NCBI RefSeq assembly: GCF_032444005.1
Contig: NC_091284.1
Location: 702,708,001 to 702,772,000, forward strand
Origin: Ranitomeya imitator
Lineage: Eukaryota
Reading direction: 5' to 3'
DNA: 64,000 nt
The translations under genes were made by a program, and so were the position numbers. This document shows positions 49,749 to 63,103 of this stretch, in pieces. Every line of letters begins with the position of its first letter. The stretch's first letter is position 1. The notes under the pieces are model-generated. The model saw only the letters and a list, made by a program, of their open reading frames with translations. It did no database searches and was not told the DNA's origin.

Positions 49749-51618
49749 CCATGGAGTTGGAACAAATACGATTGTATCTGATGGCTTGGCTGTAGACAAT
49801 AGAGTTTTTTATGTGTTTTGGATGGAAACTGTCCCATTTAAGGTATGTTGGGCGGTCGATTGGCTTCTGATACAGGGATGTCTCTATTTTATTGTTCTGC
49901 AGCTTAATGATGGTGTCCAAAAAGTTAATTTCAGTGCAGGAGTAGTTGAGTGTCAAGTTGATGGTAGGGTGAAATTGATTAAACTGATCATGGAACGTCT
50001 TTAGCTGCGGCTCAGACTCCGTCCAGATGATTAAAATGTCATCAATGTAGCGGTAGTACGCCAGAGGCCTGATGGGGCATGAGGACAAAAAGTCGCTTTC
50101 AAGCTTGGCCATGAAAAGATTTGCATACTGTGGGGCCATTTTACTACCCATTGCTGTGCCAGTCTCCTGTAGATAGATCTTCTTGTCAAACTCAAAGTAA
50201 TTGTGGGTGAGGATGAATTTTATAAGTTTCACCACAGAATTTGCATCAGTCCCTGCGTTTTCCAGGAAGAATTTGCAGGCATTTAATCCATCCTGGTGTG
50301 GGATATTGGAGTACAAAGATTCCACATCCATGGTGGCCAGGATGGTTCCTTCTGGTAGAGGACCTATTGCTGATAGTTTATTCAATAGGTCAGTTGTGTC
50401 CTGAATGAAGCTGGGTGTATCTTTTACCAGGGGTTTAAGAATACCCTCTACCCATCCAGATACCTGCTCAGTAAGGGTGCCCACACACGAAATAATTGGT
50501 CTTCCTGGGTTTCCAGATTTGTGGATTTTGGGAAGCATGTAGAATGTCCCTGTTCTTGGACTTTCTGGTATCAGGTCATTGGTTCTTATGGATTCGTCGG
50601 GCAGACAAGATACCAACTTGTTTAGTTCCTTGTAATAATCCTGTGTAGGATCCGACTCCAATTTTTTGTAGTAGCGTGTGTCCATAAGTTGTCTGTTTGC
50701 TTCCCTCATATAGTCTGATGTGTTCATCATGACTATTGCACCGCCCTTGTCAGCAGGTTTGATGATGATTTCTTTGCTGGTTTTCAGAGACCCTATGGCC
50801 TTTCTCTCCTGGGCACTGATGTTGGATGCTTGTCTCCTGTTAGTATCTATGATGGTGGATTTTATCAAATATCTGAAGGAGTCTATATAGTTATCCAAAT
50901 GAGGATTGCGTCCAGGTGGAGGTGTCCACTCTGACCTCTTCTTTGTTGTTAGGATCCCTTTTCCTTCCGTCCAGGTGGGTCCTGAATCTTCTGCATCACT
51001 GAAATATTCCCTCAGGCGCAGTCTCCTGAAAAAATGTTCCATATCACTGCAGAGTTCAGTTTTATCCAGGGCCTTAGTGGGACAAAATGAGAGTCCTCTG
51101 GAAAGCACAGCCAGCTCCACTTTGTTGGGTTTATAATCTGAGAGATTAATGACACAGTTATTTGTGCCTGGAATGGAGTGGTTGTCCAAGTTGTCAGATT
51201 TTGGCTTTTTGTATCTGTTTGCATAGAGTCCTGAATTGAGGCGCAATCTGTGCAGTTTCTTTTCCTTGTTATGAATTAGATGGGTCCGTAGTTTGTTGTA
51301 ATATTGTTGTAATTTTTGCTCTGCGTCTTCTGTAAGTGTTTTCCTCAGAGTTTCAAATTGCCCTTGGACTTTACTCTTTATGCTGTAGCAGACATGCAAA
51401 AGATGATTCCTTAATCTCTCAGAAGTCCTGTGACACAGGTTCTGTGCATAATGGGTATTGTAGGTATGAAGAATTGGGTTTGTAATCCAGAGTCCTTTGG
51501 GAATTAGATTCTCCTTTTTGCATTTAGATAGGAAAAAAATGTCGCTGTCCATTTGTGCACGTTTCTTCAGAAGTGGTTTTAGTTCCATAAGGATGCGGTA
51601 CATTCTGGTATCCTCCAT
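49749..51618 (-). CDS. PLE ORF N-terminal part: N-domain plus reverse transcriptase (disrupted by insertion)
   Basis: From MEDTR: FLSKCKKENLIPKGL, IIIKPADKGGAIV, FYMLPKIHK...GRPIIS, MDVESLYSNIPH, GTAMGSKMAPQYANLFM, YRYIDDILIIW, INFLD, SQAIRYNRICS. Confidence 0.95.
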
Positions 51619-51938
51619 TTTGATACAGGAAAGAAATACCTTTGACACTCTTAATGCAGGAATGAATGTGTCACATGGATTTATGTCTTTTTACATCAAC
51701 TAAGGAACTTGCCCCTCAGACCATGAAGGGTCATTACAACAGAGACCCTAATCACAGGACTATAAAACAATCCTTATCTAAGAATTGGCCCAATATTTAT
51801 GGACGTAACTGTTTATCACCCATGGTAATTCTGCTTCATGTCACCTGGCTTATCCATGGTTTTTTTTCCCCTCCTTTTTTTTTTTTCCTATACTATGTTG
51901 TGCATAAATATGTGATTCTTCAGAATTTGTTTTAGTCT

Positions 51939-51979
51939 TTGCCTGATGAAGAGACCTGTGTAGTCTCGAAAGCTTGCAA
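51939..51979 (+). ncRNA. Minimal type I hammerhead ribozyme in the inverted 5' pLTR
   Basis: Identical to the 48389-48429 motif. Predicted cleavage after U51975 (CUU triplet). Confidence 0.88.
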
Positions 51980-52578
51980 TTTGTTACCATCTTTTCAGTT
52001 AGCCATTAAAAGGTATCAACCACTGAGGACTCTCAATTCTAAATATTTTCCTTGCACATTCTTGGCATTCTCTTGATGAGCTTCAAGAGGTAGTCTCCGG
52101 GAATGATTTTCACTTCACAGGTGTGCCCTGTCAGGTTTAATAAGTGGGATTTCTTGCCTTATAAATGGGGTTGGGACCATCAGTTCTGTTGAGCAGAAGT
52201 CTGGTGGATACACAGCTGATAGTCCTACTGAATAGACTGTTAGAATTTGTATTATGGCAAGAAAAAAGCAGCTAAGTAAAGAAAAATGAGTGGCCATCAT
52301 TACTTTAAGAAATGAAGGTCAGTCAGTCCGAAAAATTGGGAAAACTTTGAAAGTGTCCCCAAGTGCAGTGGCAAAAACCATCAAGCGCTACAAAGAAACT
52401 GGCTCACATGAGGACCGCACCAGGAAAGGAAGACCAAGTCATGAAAATACAAAAAAATCTTTAAATGAGAAGATGTGTCCAAACTTTTGGTCTGCACTGT
52501 ACGTATACATAAACACACATGTACCCATTCACATGTATATGACAAAAAAGTGATGCAGGGTTAGCATAGAAACATATT

Positions 52579-52622
52579 CCCCTACTCGCGTTTCACACCT
52601 ATTGATTTAGCTTCCCCAGGGG
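52579..52622 (-). ncRNA. Decayed minimal hammerhead
   Basis: Reverse complement reads CCC-CTGGGGA-A-GC..GT-GAAA-CGCGAG-T-A-GGGG. There is a core A6G change and one palindrome mismatch. Confidence 0.4.
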
Positions 52623-53010
52623 ATTTGATGATCTTTGTTAGGTTCTCTTAGGAGGAAAAACAGGTAAAATAGGTGCATTTTTGCTGCGTTTCCCCACTCA
52701 TTAATATGGGTGAAATCTGTTGCAAAAACGCTGAATCTGCTGCAAACCTACGAGGACAAAAACGAGCAATGTGGCTTCAGGAATCTCATTCACTTTGCTG
52801 GCATCAGAAAACCTTTCAGGTTTAATGGCAAATCTGTACAGGGAAGAAATGCGACAAAAATGCAACAAAGCTGCAGCGTGTCCACAAACCCTTGCATAAA
52901 CTTCTGGAGCAGCTAATAGTTACTATTTAAATGGCTATGTGCCCTTCTTTGGATTAAATGGCTGAATTTTATAATTTATCTATGTACCCGGTGGATATAT
53001 ATTTCCTAAA

Positions 53011-53063
53011 TTATTATTATTATTATTTATTGTTATAGCGCCATTTATTCCATGGCGCTTTAC
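53011..53063 (-). mobile_element. Isolated L2/SINE 3' tail
   Basis: (TTA)n TTTATTGTTATAGCGCCATTTATTCCATGGCGCTTTAC is a reverse-complemented L2-type end. Confidence 0.7.
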
Positions 53064-53331
53064 TATATTTTAGTGTTATTATTATTTTCTTTTAATTTTT
53101 CATGTGCTTGTAAATAAAACATTTAAGGCCAGTATTGGTCTGGGATGCTAAGGGCCCACCAGTAACATTGAATCTGGGGGTCCTCTATTCAATACATTAT
53201 TCTTATTCACAACTTTACCTGTTTCTATATAATAATACATTAGTTAGTTTGTTAAATTATTGATGAGATGCTGCCTGGGCCCATACCTAGAGAATCAAGT
53301 GTATTGTGTCATGCCAACTATTGCTCATGTT

Positions 53332-53548
53332 GGGCAGCACAGTGGCTGTGGTTAGCACTGGGGCCCGGGGTTCAAATCCTCCCAAGAACAACATTCAGCA
53401 AGGAGTTTGTATGGTCCCCCAAAGTTTACGTGGATTTCCTCCCAGGAAAGGAATTTAAATTGTAAATCCCAACAGGGACAGTGATGATGATGTTGGTAAA
53501 GTGCTGTGGAATTAATGGCGCTATCCAAAACAAGTAAAATAAATAGGG
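53332..53548 (+). mobile_element. Degenerate tRNA-SINE with L2 tail
   Basis: GGGCAGCACAGTGG...GGTTAGCACTG...GGTTCAAATCC ... GTAAAGTGCTGTGGAATTAATGGCGCTAT. Confidence 0.7.
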
Positions 53549-53599
53549 CAGTGGGGGCCCACTCCAGAAAGGAAACCCACCAAGAGAATCATATGCCAA

Positions 53600-54304
53600 A
53601 CCAACACAGTTCATTGCCTCAAAACACCTTCCCCACAATGAAGCATGGTGGTGGCAGTATCATGCTGTGGGGATGTTTTTTGGCTGCAGGGACAGGGAAA
53701 ATGATCTGAATCACGGGGAAGATGGATGGTGAGAAATACAGGGATATTCTAGAACAAAACCTGTTTCAGTCTGTCAGTGATTTGATACTGGGATGACAAC
53801 AAGATTATGACCCAACTAAAGCAACACTCAAGTTGTTTAAGTGGAAACGTGTAAATGTTTTGGAGTGGCCTAGTCAAAGCCCAGACCATAATCCAACTGA
53901 GAATCTGTGATCAGACTTGAAGATTGCTGTTCACCAGTGGAAACCATCTAACATGAAGGAGCTGGAGCAGTTTTGCCTTGCGAAATGGGTAAAAAGCTCA
54001 GTGGCAAGATGTGCAAAGCTCATAGAGACTTATCCAAATCGACTTGGAGCTGTAATTGTTGCAATAGGAGGCTCAAAAAAGTACTGTCTTTACGGGGGCT
54101 TATAGTTATGCACACTGACGTTTTCAGTTATTTTGTGATGTTTGTTGTTGTTTCACAATAAAAAGAGAGCCAAATATTCACAGTTGTAGACATTTTCTTT
54201 ACATGAACTGATGCAAACCCTCAAAGAAAAAAACAGAAATTTCAGGATGTGAGGTAGCAATACACAAAAAATGCCAAAGAGGTGAATACTTTCGCATGCC
54301 GCTG
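53600..54304 (+). mobile_element. Tc1 3' half, degenerate transposase
   Basis: [32 protein letters not shown] and CAKLIETYPNRLGAVI. The terminus ends GCCGCTG|TA. Confidence 0.88.
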
Positions 54305-56341
54305 TATGTAACAGTGACCAAATGTCCTATAATAAGTCACTCCTTTATTCCTATATTATACAAGTATTAGGGGTGAATATAGATCTATCAGTTGTAGTGC
54401 AGTGGGGTTGGTGCAGTGTGACAAACAGGCAGTGACAAGACGAAAGTTCCAAAGTTTCTTTGATGTCCAACATACTCACAAACGGAAAACAAATGGTATC
54501 ATCCGGATCACAGCTGGGGCGTCACAACAGTGCGTATACGAGACCGGTTGTCGAGGCCGACTGCACCACCATATTATTCTGCGGGGTTCCAGGCGTTCGC
54601 TGCTCTTGGCTCTGTGTTACCTCACACAAGATGGACGCTGCAGAGCCACCTGCTCTGCCACTTGCAAACAAACACTGATACACCCAAACCCCTTGCTGCA
54701 GGGTTTTTAACTGGAATCTGTGGCATGGGCCACCTGTAAGACCCGGCTTGGAGGGGGTGGACTGCCCCACTACCATCCTATAGTTCACTACAAAAATAAA
54801 TGCCCTTAACGGGTTTTCCTGAACATTGCCTTGGCCAAATAGCTTGATGAAGTCCGCACTTACTTTTATTTTGTCTTGTGACTCACAGGCGTCCTGCTGT
54901 GGACACAAGGCACTCCAGCGAGTCTAATAGGACTCCGTCCGCATCCTGTGGGATACATATCGTCCCTTACATAGTATATGATTTGCTTTGTATACTGCAC
55001 ATTGTGATTCCTGGACAGACAGCTGCTTTCTCTGAAGAGCTCAGCAGGAAAGAGACTTTCAGGATTCTGAATCACACTGTAGGTGATTGACTTCCATCTA
55101 GGAAGGACCGCTTGTCCTAAGCGACTTGTTCTACAGCGTATTTCCATATGTTCAACTTATGGCGGTAACTTCCCTTTAGATGTCCGCCGCTGAAGCAGCT
55201 GCCTGGCAGTGACACGGCAATATGCTTAACATATTGACTCCCCAGATGATTGGGCGACTGGAAGAAAGAAAGATACTATCTAAGTAAAATATGTCAATGG
55301 CATGCTGACAGTGACCTGTATGTTTTACATCGGAGATGCCAGTGTGTTGTGGGCACCTACTAATGTAAATGCTCTAGTCTGATGCATTCAGTTCTCCATC
55401 ATTAATAAATGCCTTCTGCCTTCTCCTGTTTGCACAGGACTCTTGGACTTATTCAGTCCTCACTGTAGAAGTCATAAGATCATGAATAGATTAATTTAAG
55501 ACTCAGGCTTACGTCTGCTATGTACCCATTACTTTTCTCATAATTCGCCTCTAAGTCTTTAGCTTGGACTGCATTCTTCTCCTTGAGAAATGAAAAAAGG
55601 GATTAATGTGCAATTGGAAATCTTCTATTGAGATTCTTCATTATTTGAAAGTGATAAGACTATGTTCTCCAGGACTTTCATTGCTTTTGAAATTTGGATA
55701 TTATTTTACAAGATAGCTTTCTGACACTCCCATGCACACCCCTCCATCGCTGCGTTCTCTGTTAGGCTATGATGGTTTTCAGGTGGGTCTGCTCCGAAAC
55801 GAATTTTTGAACATATAGTCAATTTTAAAGACATCTTTTGACCTCTTCACATTTCTAAAGATGCCAAGCAGCTAATAGAAGTGAGCTGATCATTCTCCAG
55901 GCGTCTTCCCTAAGGGATGTGCACACAATGTTTTTTTTTTTGGGGTGAACTAACCCACCCAGTTTTACAAGAGAAAGACACTTCTGGAAGCGAGCCTCAT
56001 GGAGCATCTTCTCTTGTGTTTTTTTTTTTTGAGGGATGGTTTCTTGATCATTTTTTGTTTGTATTTGACCATCAGCCTTTCTCAATGTCCTGTATTCTAA
56101 AGTATAGAACGTCTTCAGAGCAGAAGATGCCCGAAGAAAGGTCACCTCACTTCTGTCACCTACTTGGTATCCACAGAATTGTCAAGCTGTTAAAAGATGC
56201 CAAAAAGCCTGAACATAGGAACAGCAAGTCATTTTTGCATAGAAATGCATATGTTCATGTATTTGAGCGTTTTCAGGCCATTTTTTTCAGGCAGATTTCA
56301 AAGAACCACCTGAAAAAGATGTGTGCACATACCTTTAGGTG

Positions 56342-57860
56342 CAGGGCCGGACTGGCCATCGGGCAGTTCTGGCAAATGCCAGAAGGTACGGTGGCAGTCG
56401 TGGGCCGCTCGCCAGCGCTGACTCCCCCCCCCTCCCCGACTCAAATGACTCGCCGCCCCTGACTCACCCCCCCCCCCCGCCAGCGCCGCCGCATACAACT
56501 ATACCGGCTATATGGGGGCTATGCTGTATTACATTCTATGGGGGCTGTGCTGCATTACATTCTATGGGGGATGGCTGCATTACATTCTATGGGGGCTGTG
56601 CTGCGTTACAATCTATGGGGGCTGTGCTGCATTACATTCTATGGGGGCTGTGCTGCATTACATTCTATGGGGGCTGTGCTGTATTACATTCTATGAGGGC
56701 TGACTGCATTACATTATATGGGTGGCTGGCTGCATTACATTCTATGGGGCTGTGCTGTATTACATTCTGAGGGCTAGCTGCATTACATTTTATGGGGGCT
56801 GTGCTGCATTACATTCTATGGGGGCTGGCTGCATTATATTCAATGGGTGGCTGGCTGCATGACATTCTATGGGGGCTGACTGCATTATATTCTATGGGGA
56901 CTGTGCTGCGTTACAATCTATGGGGGCTGTGCTGCATTACATTCTATGGGGGCTGTGCTGCATTACATTCTATGGGGGCTGGCTGCATTACATTCTATGG
57001 GGGCTGTGCTGCATTACATTCTATGGGGCTGGCTGCATTATATTCAATGGGTGGCTGGCTGCATGACATTCTATGGGGGCTGGCTGCATTATATTCTATG
57101 GGTGGCTGGCTGCATTACATTCTATGGGGGGCTGGCTGCATTATATTCTATGGGGGCTGGCTGCATGACATTCTATGGGGGAGGGCTGTATTACATTCTA
57201 TGGGGTGCTGTATTATATTCTATAGAGGGGCTACATTATATTTTATAGGGGGCTGCATTATGCTCTATGAGGGGGCTACCATATATTATATATGCAGGGG
57301 CTGCATTATACTACATGAGGGGGCTGCATTATATTCTCTGGGGGTTACATTATACTCAGGGAGCTACAATATATTCTGTGGGGTGGCAGCATTATACTCT
57401 GGTGGCATCATTATACTATATGTGGGCTGCATTATACTGTATCATATACTATATGAAGAACTATGGGGTGCATTATACTATGGGAAGTGAATTGTACTAC
57501 ATGGATGACAATGGCGGGGCATTATACTATATGGAGCACTATGAGGAATGTATTATACTATTTGGAGAACTGAGGAATGTATTCTACTATTTGGAGGACT
57601 GAGGAGTGTATTATACTATATGGAGGAATTGCAGTGTATTTTAATATATGGAGGTCTATGAGAAGTGTATTATACTATATGGAGGACTATGTGGAGTGAA
57701 TAATACTATATGGAGGACTGAGGAGGGTATTATACTATATGGAGGACTGAGGAATGTATTATACTATATGGAGGACTGAGGAGTGTATTATACTATATGG
57801 AGGACTGAGGTGCATATTGTAATATATGGAGGACTATGAGGTGTATTATACTAAACAAGC
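56342..57860. mobile_element. hAT-like left end followed by 26-bp and 29-bp minisatellites
   Basis: Starts CAGGGCCGGACTGGCCAT. Arrays CTATGGGGGCTGTGCTGCATTACATT (about 56510-57250) and TATTATACTATATGGAGGACTGAGGAGTG (about 57530-57860). No right TIR was found. Confidence 0.65.
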
Positions 57861-58309
57861 AAAATGCTGCCTATTCATCGAGTGATTGGATTATTTATGT
57901 GGGAACAGAAATCCTTGTTCTCAGCAGCACATCGCCGGTGTAAACTGTAGTTGTGCTGCTGATGACATGATACTGTATGGGGACAGATTGTAATTGTGAT
58001 TGTTCTGTTCCCTTCATTCTTTCTCAGTTGGTGTAAAGAGGCCGGTAAACATGCGAACAACTTCAGTATTGTCGATCACACTCGTTTAGTGGCCTGAGAT
58101 CAGCTCATGTAAATACAGCAGAAATGCTTCGCAGGGAGACCAGGCAAGGATGATGACAGTTGTAGTTAGCACCTGGCACCTGGGAATAGCACTAACTCTA
58201 CTGCTTTTCCCAGCCGCCAGAGCATTTAATTCTGGTATGTGTAATGATTTTTAGGGTTGATGTCAGCTGCGTAATGTCAGCTGCTATCAAAACCCTTGTT
58301 GGCAAGCAC

Positions 58310-59647
<1,338 letters not shown>

Positions 59648-61277
59648 TATCTTGCCACAGCTATAAGACACATGTATCTTACCGTAGAGCAACATAGAAA
59701 TCTTCAAATGTACAAAAGTGACAGATCTAATAAAGAAGGTCCTAGTGCCTTAATCTAATATATAAAGCTGAATGTGTGTGCGTGTGTGTCTGTATGTATT
59801 TGTGTATGTCCGGGATTGGCATCTGCACCGTCGCAGCTACAGCCACAAAATTTTGCACAGTCACACGTCTGGACACCAAGAGCGTCATAGGCTATGTTGT
59901 GAGGCGAAATTTTAACCCCGTGTGTTCCAATTCACCAAACAATTTTGCCCCTATCTACATAATGGGGAAAAAGTGAAAGGAAGTGTTGGAGGCAAATTGA
60001 CAGCTGCCAGATGTGAACAAGGGGGACTTAAAGAATGAGAGCGATGGCGCCAAAGAGTATATGCCGTACAGTTGCTAGAACAAGGGGGACTTAAAGAATG
60101 AGAGCCATGGCGCCAAAGAGTATATACCGTACAGTTGCTAGAACAAGGGGGACTTAAAGAATGAGAGCGATGGCGCCAAAGAGTATATACCGTACAGTTG
60201 CTACGGTGGGGCCCTGACATGGGATACTCGCCACACACGGGGATATGAACACACACACAAAATGCGCCACACACTTCCACGTGCTTAAACACTTATACCA
60301 CACTCAGCACACATTTCACCACACATACACCAACCTCGCCACATAAAAGTCGAAACACAAAAGTCGCCACTCAAAACTCGCCACGCGCAAAATTCGCCAC
60401 ATATTAAACTAGCCATACGTGGAAAACTCGCCACAGATGCAAAACTAGCCTCATGGAAAACGCGCCACATGCAAAACTAGGCTCACGCAAAACTCGCCAC
60501 ACATACAAAACTAACCTCATGGAAAACTCGCCACATGCAACACTTGCACATGTGGAAAAATTGCCACATGCACAAAAGTTGCAACAAATGCAAAAGTTGC
60601 CTCACACAAAACTTGCACATACTCAAAATGCACAACACATAAATCTCGCCACGTGCAAAACTCGCCATGCACAAAACTTGCTGCACACAACTTGCTACAC
60701 TAACCTGTCACATGCAACTCGACACACAAAAAGTTGCTACACGCATGTTGCCACACAAAACTCATCTAACAAAAGTCGCTACATGCATGTCGCCACACGC
60801 AACTCAACACGCACAACTTGACACATGAAACTCGCCCTAAAACACACACAAGTCTGGTATTATCCTTCAAAACTAAAAATCTGATTAATAAGCAGACAAA
60901 CTACAAGAGCAACAAATGTACCGTATAGGAAATACAGCAGCTGTCAGTCACATGACCTGTCTATTATGTGTATGTGTGAGCTAATATAGACTGCCGGGGG
61001 GAGGGCTTCCTGTTGGCTGGGGATTTATCAGGCTGCCAATAGCAACCAATCACAGCTCAGCTTCTATTTTGCTACAGTTTATTAATCTGAGCACTGATTT
61101 GTTAATATAGGCAACAAAGGACATTCTCAGTGTAACAAAGCTTGTGTGAGGTAATAGCATGTCAGTTAGGGTGTGTTGGTGGAAAGGCTGATGTCAGTCA
61201 CATTACCTCTATGTGAGAGGATATAGAAACTGCCAGTTACAGAGTATTTTTACCACAATAATGCCTCATAAGAAAAG

Positions 61278-62238
61278 AAAAAACATGCGCCAAATATGGA
61301 CTAAAAAAACAGTAATAAAGGTAAATAAAAATTGATGATGGCAGGGAAATAATATTAGAAAATGCTCTTTATTATTAAAGTTCCTGATGAAGGAACTTTT
61401 CTTGGGTCCGAAACGCGCGTCGGGGTACATATCACCACATATTGGCGGTCCTGGAAGCAATTTTCCCCAACTTTATAAGTAAGTGACATCAGATAGACTG
61501 GATCATATGCTCAAATAGCACTTTCTCCTTTGGTGTGGTTGCAGCAAGGCTAATACGTTTAGCTGCCTTTTAGTTGATTTCTGCTCAGTCTTTTGTCCTA
61601 AATACCTTTAGTAGGTACTTATACACAAGCTTTTTATGTGACACTTTTATATATTTATCATATGTGGTTTATTTATATACTCACATATATATATATTTTA
61701 TTTATATTATTTTTTTTTATCACTTTGGCCTCACATAATTTGCCCTTGGTATTTTTTAAAATATATATTTTTTTTTTGACATATGATCTCTCTCTCCTTT
61801 TTGTACTCATACTTTTTTTATTTGGTCCACTGGGGTATCCAGAGCATATATACACATTTTTTGACCTGCCACATGTCGATTTTATTGTATTAATTATATG
61901 TGTGTGATATGTGCATATACATATGAATATAAAAATATATACATATACATAGTTATTTTATCTTTTTATCTTCTATTGCTGTTGCTATATTTAATAATAA
62001 AGAGCATTTTCTAATATTATTTCCCTGCCATCATCAATTTTTATTTACCTTTATTACTGTTTTTTTTAGTCCATATTTGGCGCATGTTTTTTCTGTTCTT
62101 GTAGTGGTTTCACTATATTTCCTTGACACAGGTGGTGACCGGTATTTTTATATTCTAATCTTTGGCTTATGGGTATTCTATTTTAGTACTCTCTCTTCAT
62201 AAATAATACCTGGTGTTTTATCCTGTGTCTATTTTATA
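61278..62238 (+). mobile_element. 961-bp hammerhead-bearing PLE-end (pLTR) insertion
   Basis: 13-bp TSD CTCATAAGAAAAG (61265-61277 and 62239-62251). About 102-bp inverted arms at 61278-61379 and 61990-62092. No ORF. Confidence 0.85.
61381..61425 (+). ncRNA. Minimal type I hammerhead ribozyme, intact core, GUC triplet
   Basis: TTC-CTGATGA-A-GGA(ACTTTTCTTGGG)TCC-GAAA-CGCGCG-T-C-GGGG. Stem I pairs partly by G-U wobble. Confidence 0.78.
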
Positions 62239-62376
62239 CTCATAAGAAAAGGAATTCCATGGCACGAATGTCAGCTGACGTGAAAAGAAAAGCTGCATTA
62301 CGGGCCAATGAAAAATGTGAAGACCGAGAAACAAGGCTGACACACATGAGAACAGCAGCTGCTTCCTCAAGAGCCA

Positions 62377-62715
62377 TATCCAACTGAGTTCCTCAATTCC
62401 TTGGAGCCACAAGGACTTCCTCCTCACAACCTCTTTCTAAAACCTGGAGCACCTATTCTGCTGTTGAGAAATTTGGATCCACCAAAGCTGTGTAATGGAA
62501 CAAGACTCTTGATTAAGAACCTGTTTGCACATGTAATTGAGGCAATCATTTTGACAGGATGTGCCACAGCAGAAGATGTTTTTCATTCCAACAATTTCTC
62601 TCATTCCATCTGATTTGCCTTTTGATTTTAAACGCCTCCAGTTTCCTGTTCGACTGGCATTTGCTATGTCCATCAACAAGGCTCAGGGACAGTCCTTGAA
62701 AGTAGTTGGGTCAAC
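62377..62715 (+). pseudogene. Helitron PIF1-like helicase C-terminal fragment
   Basis: [44 protein letters not shown], then (after a frameshift) [28 protein letters not shown]. Confidence 0.93.
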
Positions 62716-63103
62716 TTTATGTGGCCTGTTCAAGAGTTGGAACAGACAAATCTGTTAGTCTTTGCACCCGAAGGAAAAACTAAGAATGTCGCTTATCAAA
62801 AGGCTCTCGAATAAGTAGTAGAAGATTATTTCACATTACTTGGCCAATTTAGTTAAATCTGTGTGGAATATCTCTGGTGTTGAAATATATGTTGTGAAAT
62901 GCTTCTACTAGCTTAGTTTTTGCCTTTTAACAATTACATTTCTATCTTTGTTTTGTGTTTTTTGTGTGCAGAATAAATTTTTGTTAACACATTCTATTTT
63001 GCTAACTGCAGTTATTAACCCGGGCGAAGCCGGGCAGTAGAGCTAGTCTTGTATAAATAACTACAAATTGAACTGAATCAGTTTTAAGAAGTATAATTTG
63101 TAA

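Larger units (their letters stand above)
48272..52051 (-). mobile_element. Penelope-like retroelement, probably Neptune-type, with inverted 5' pLTR
   Basis: RT and GIY-YIG ORFs. 51638-52049 is the reverse complement of about 48319-48727. 13-bp TSD TTGCACATTCTTG at 48259-48271 and 52052-52064. Clade assignment is inferred from the Cys-rich linker. Confidence 0.95.
48047..52499 (+). mobile_element. Internally deleted Tc1 element, host of the PLE
   Basis: TIRs CAGTACAAACCAAAAGTTTGGACAC and GTGTCCAAACTTTTGGTCTGCACTG|TA. Transposase N-terminus MARKKQLSKEK*VAIITLRNEGQSVRKIGKTLKVSPSAVAKTIKRY...RKGRP at about 52254-52436. The uninterrupted relative at 63678-64000 shows the empty site. Confidence 0.92.
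59754..63046 (+). mobile_element. Internally deleted Helitron
   Basis: A|TC 5' end, 3' hairpin CCCGGGCGAAGCCGGG (63019-63034) and CTAG|T. It retains a helicase C-terminal fragment and internal tandem repeats (about 63-bp units at 60015-60200). Confidence 0.9.

Noticed and set aside
54402-56462. Several 70-181-aa ORFs in the unique region as a host gene
   Set aside because: No recognisable domains, overlapping frames on both strands, and most splice-like candidates tested by hand contain stops.
56339-57602. Cluster of 100-232-aa ORFs
   Set aside because: They arise from 26-bp tandem repeats inside a TE and are open in several frames at once.
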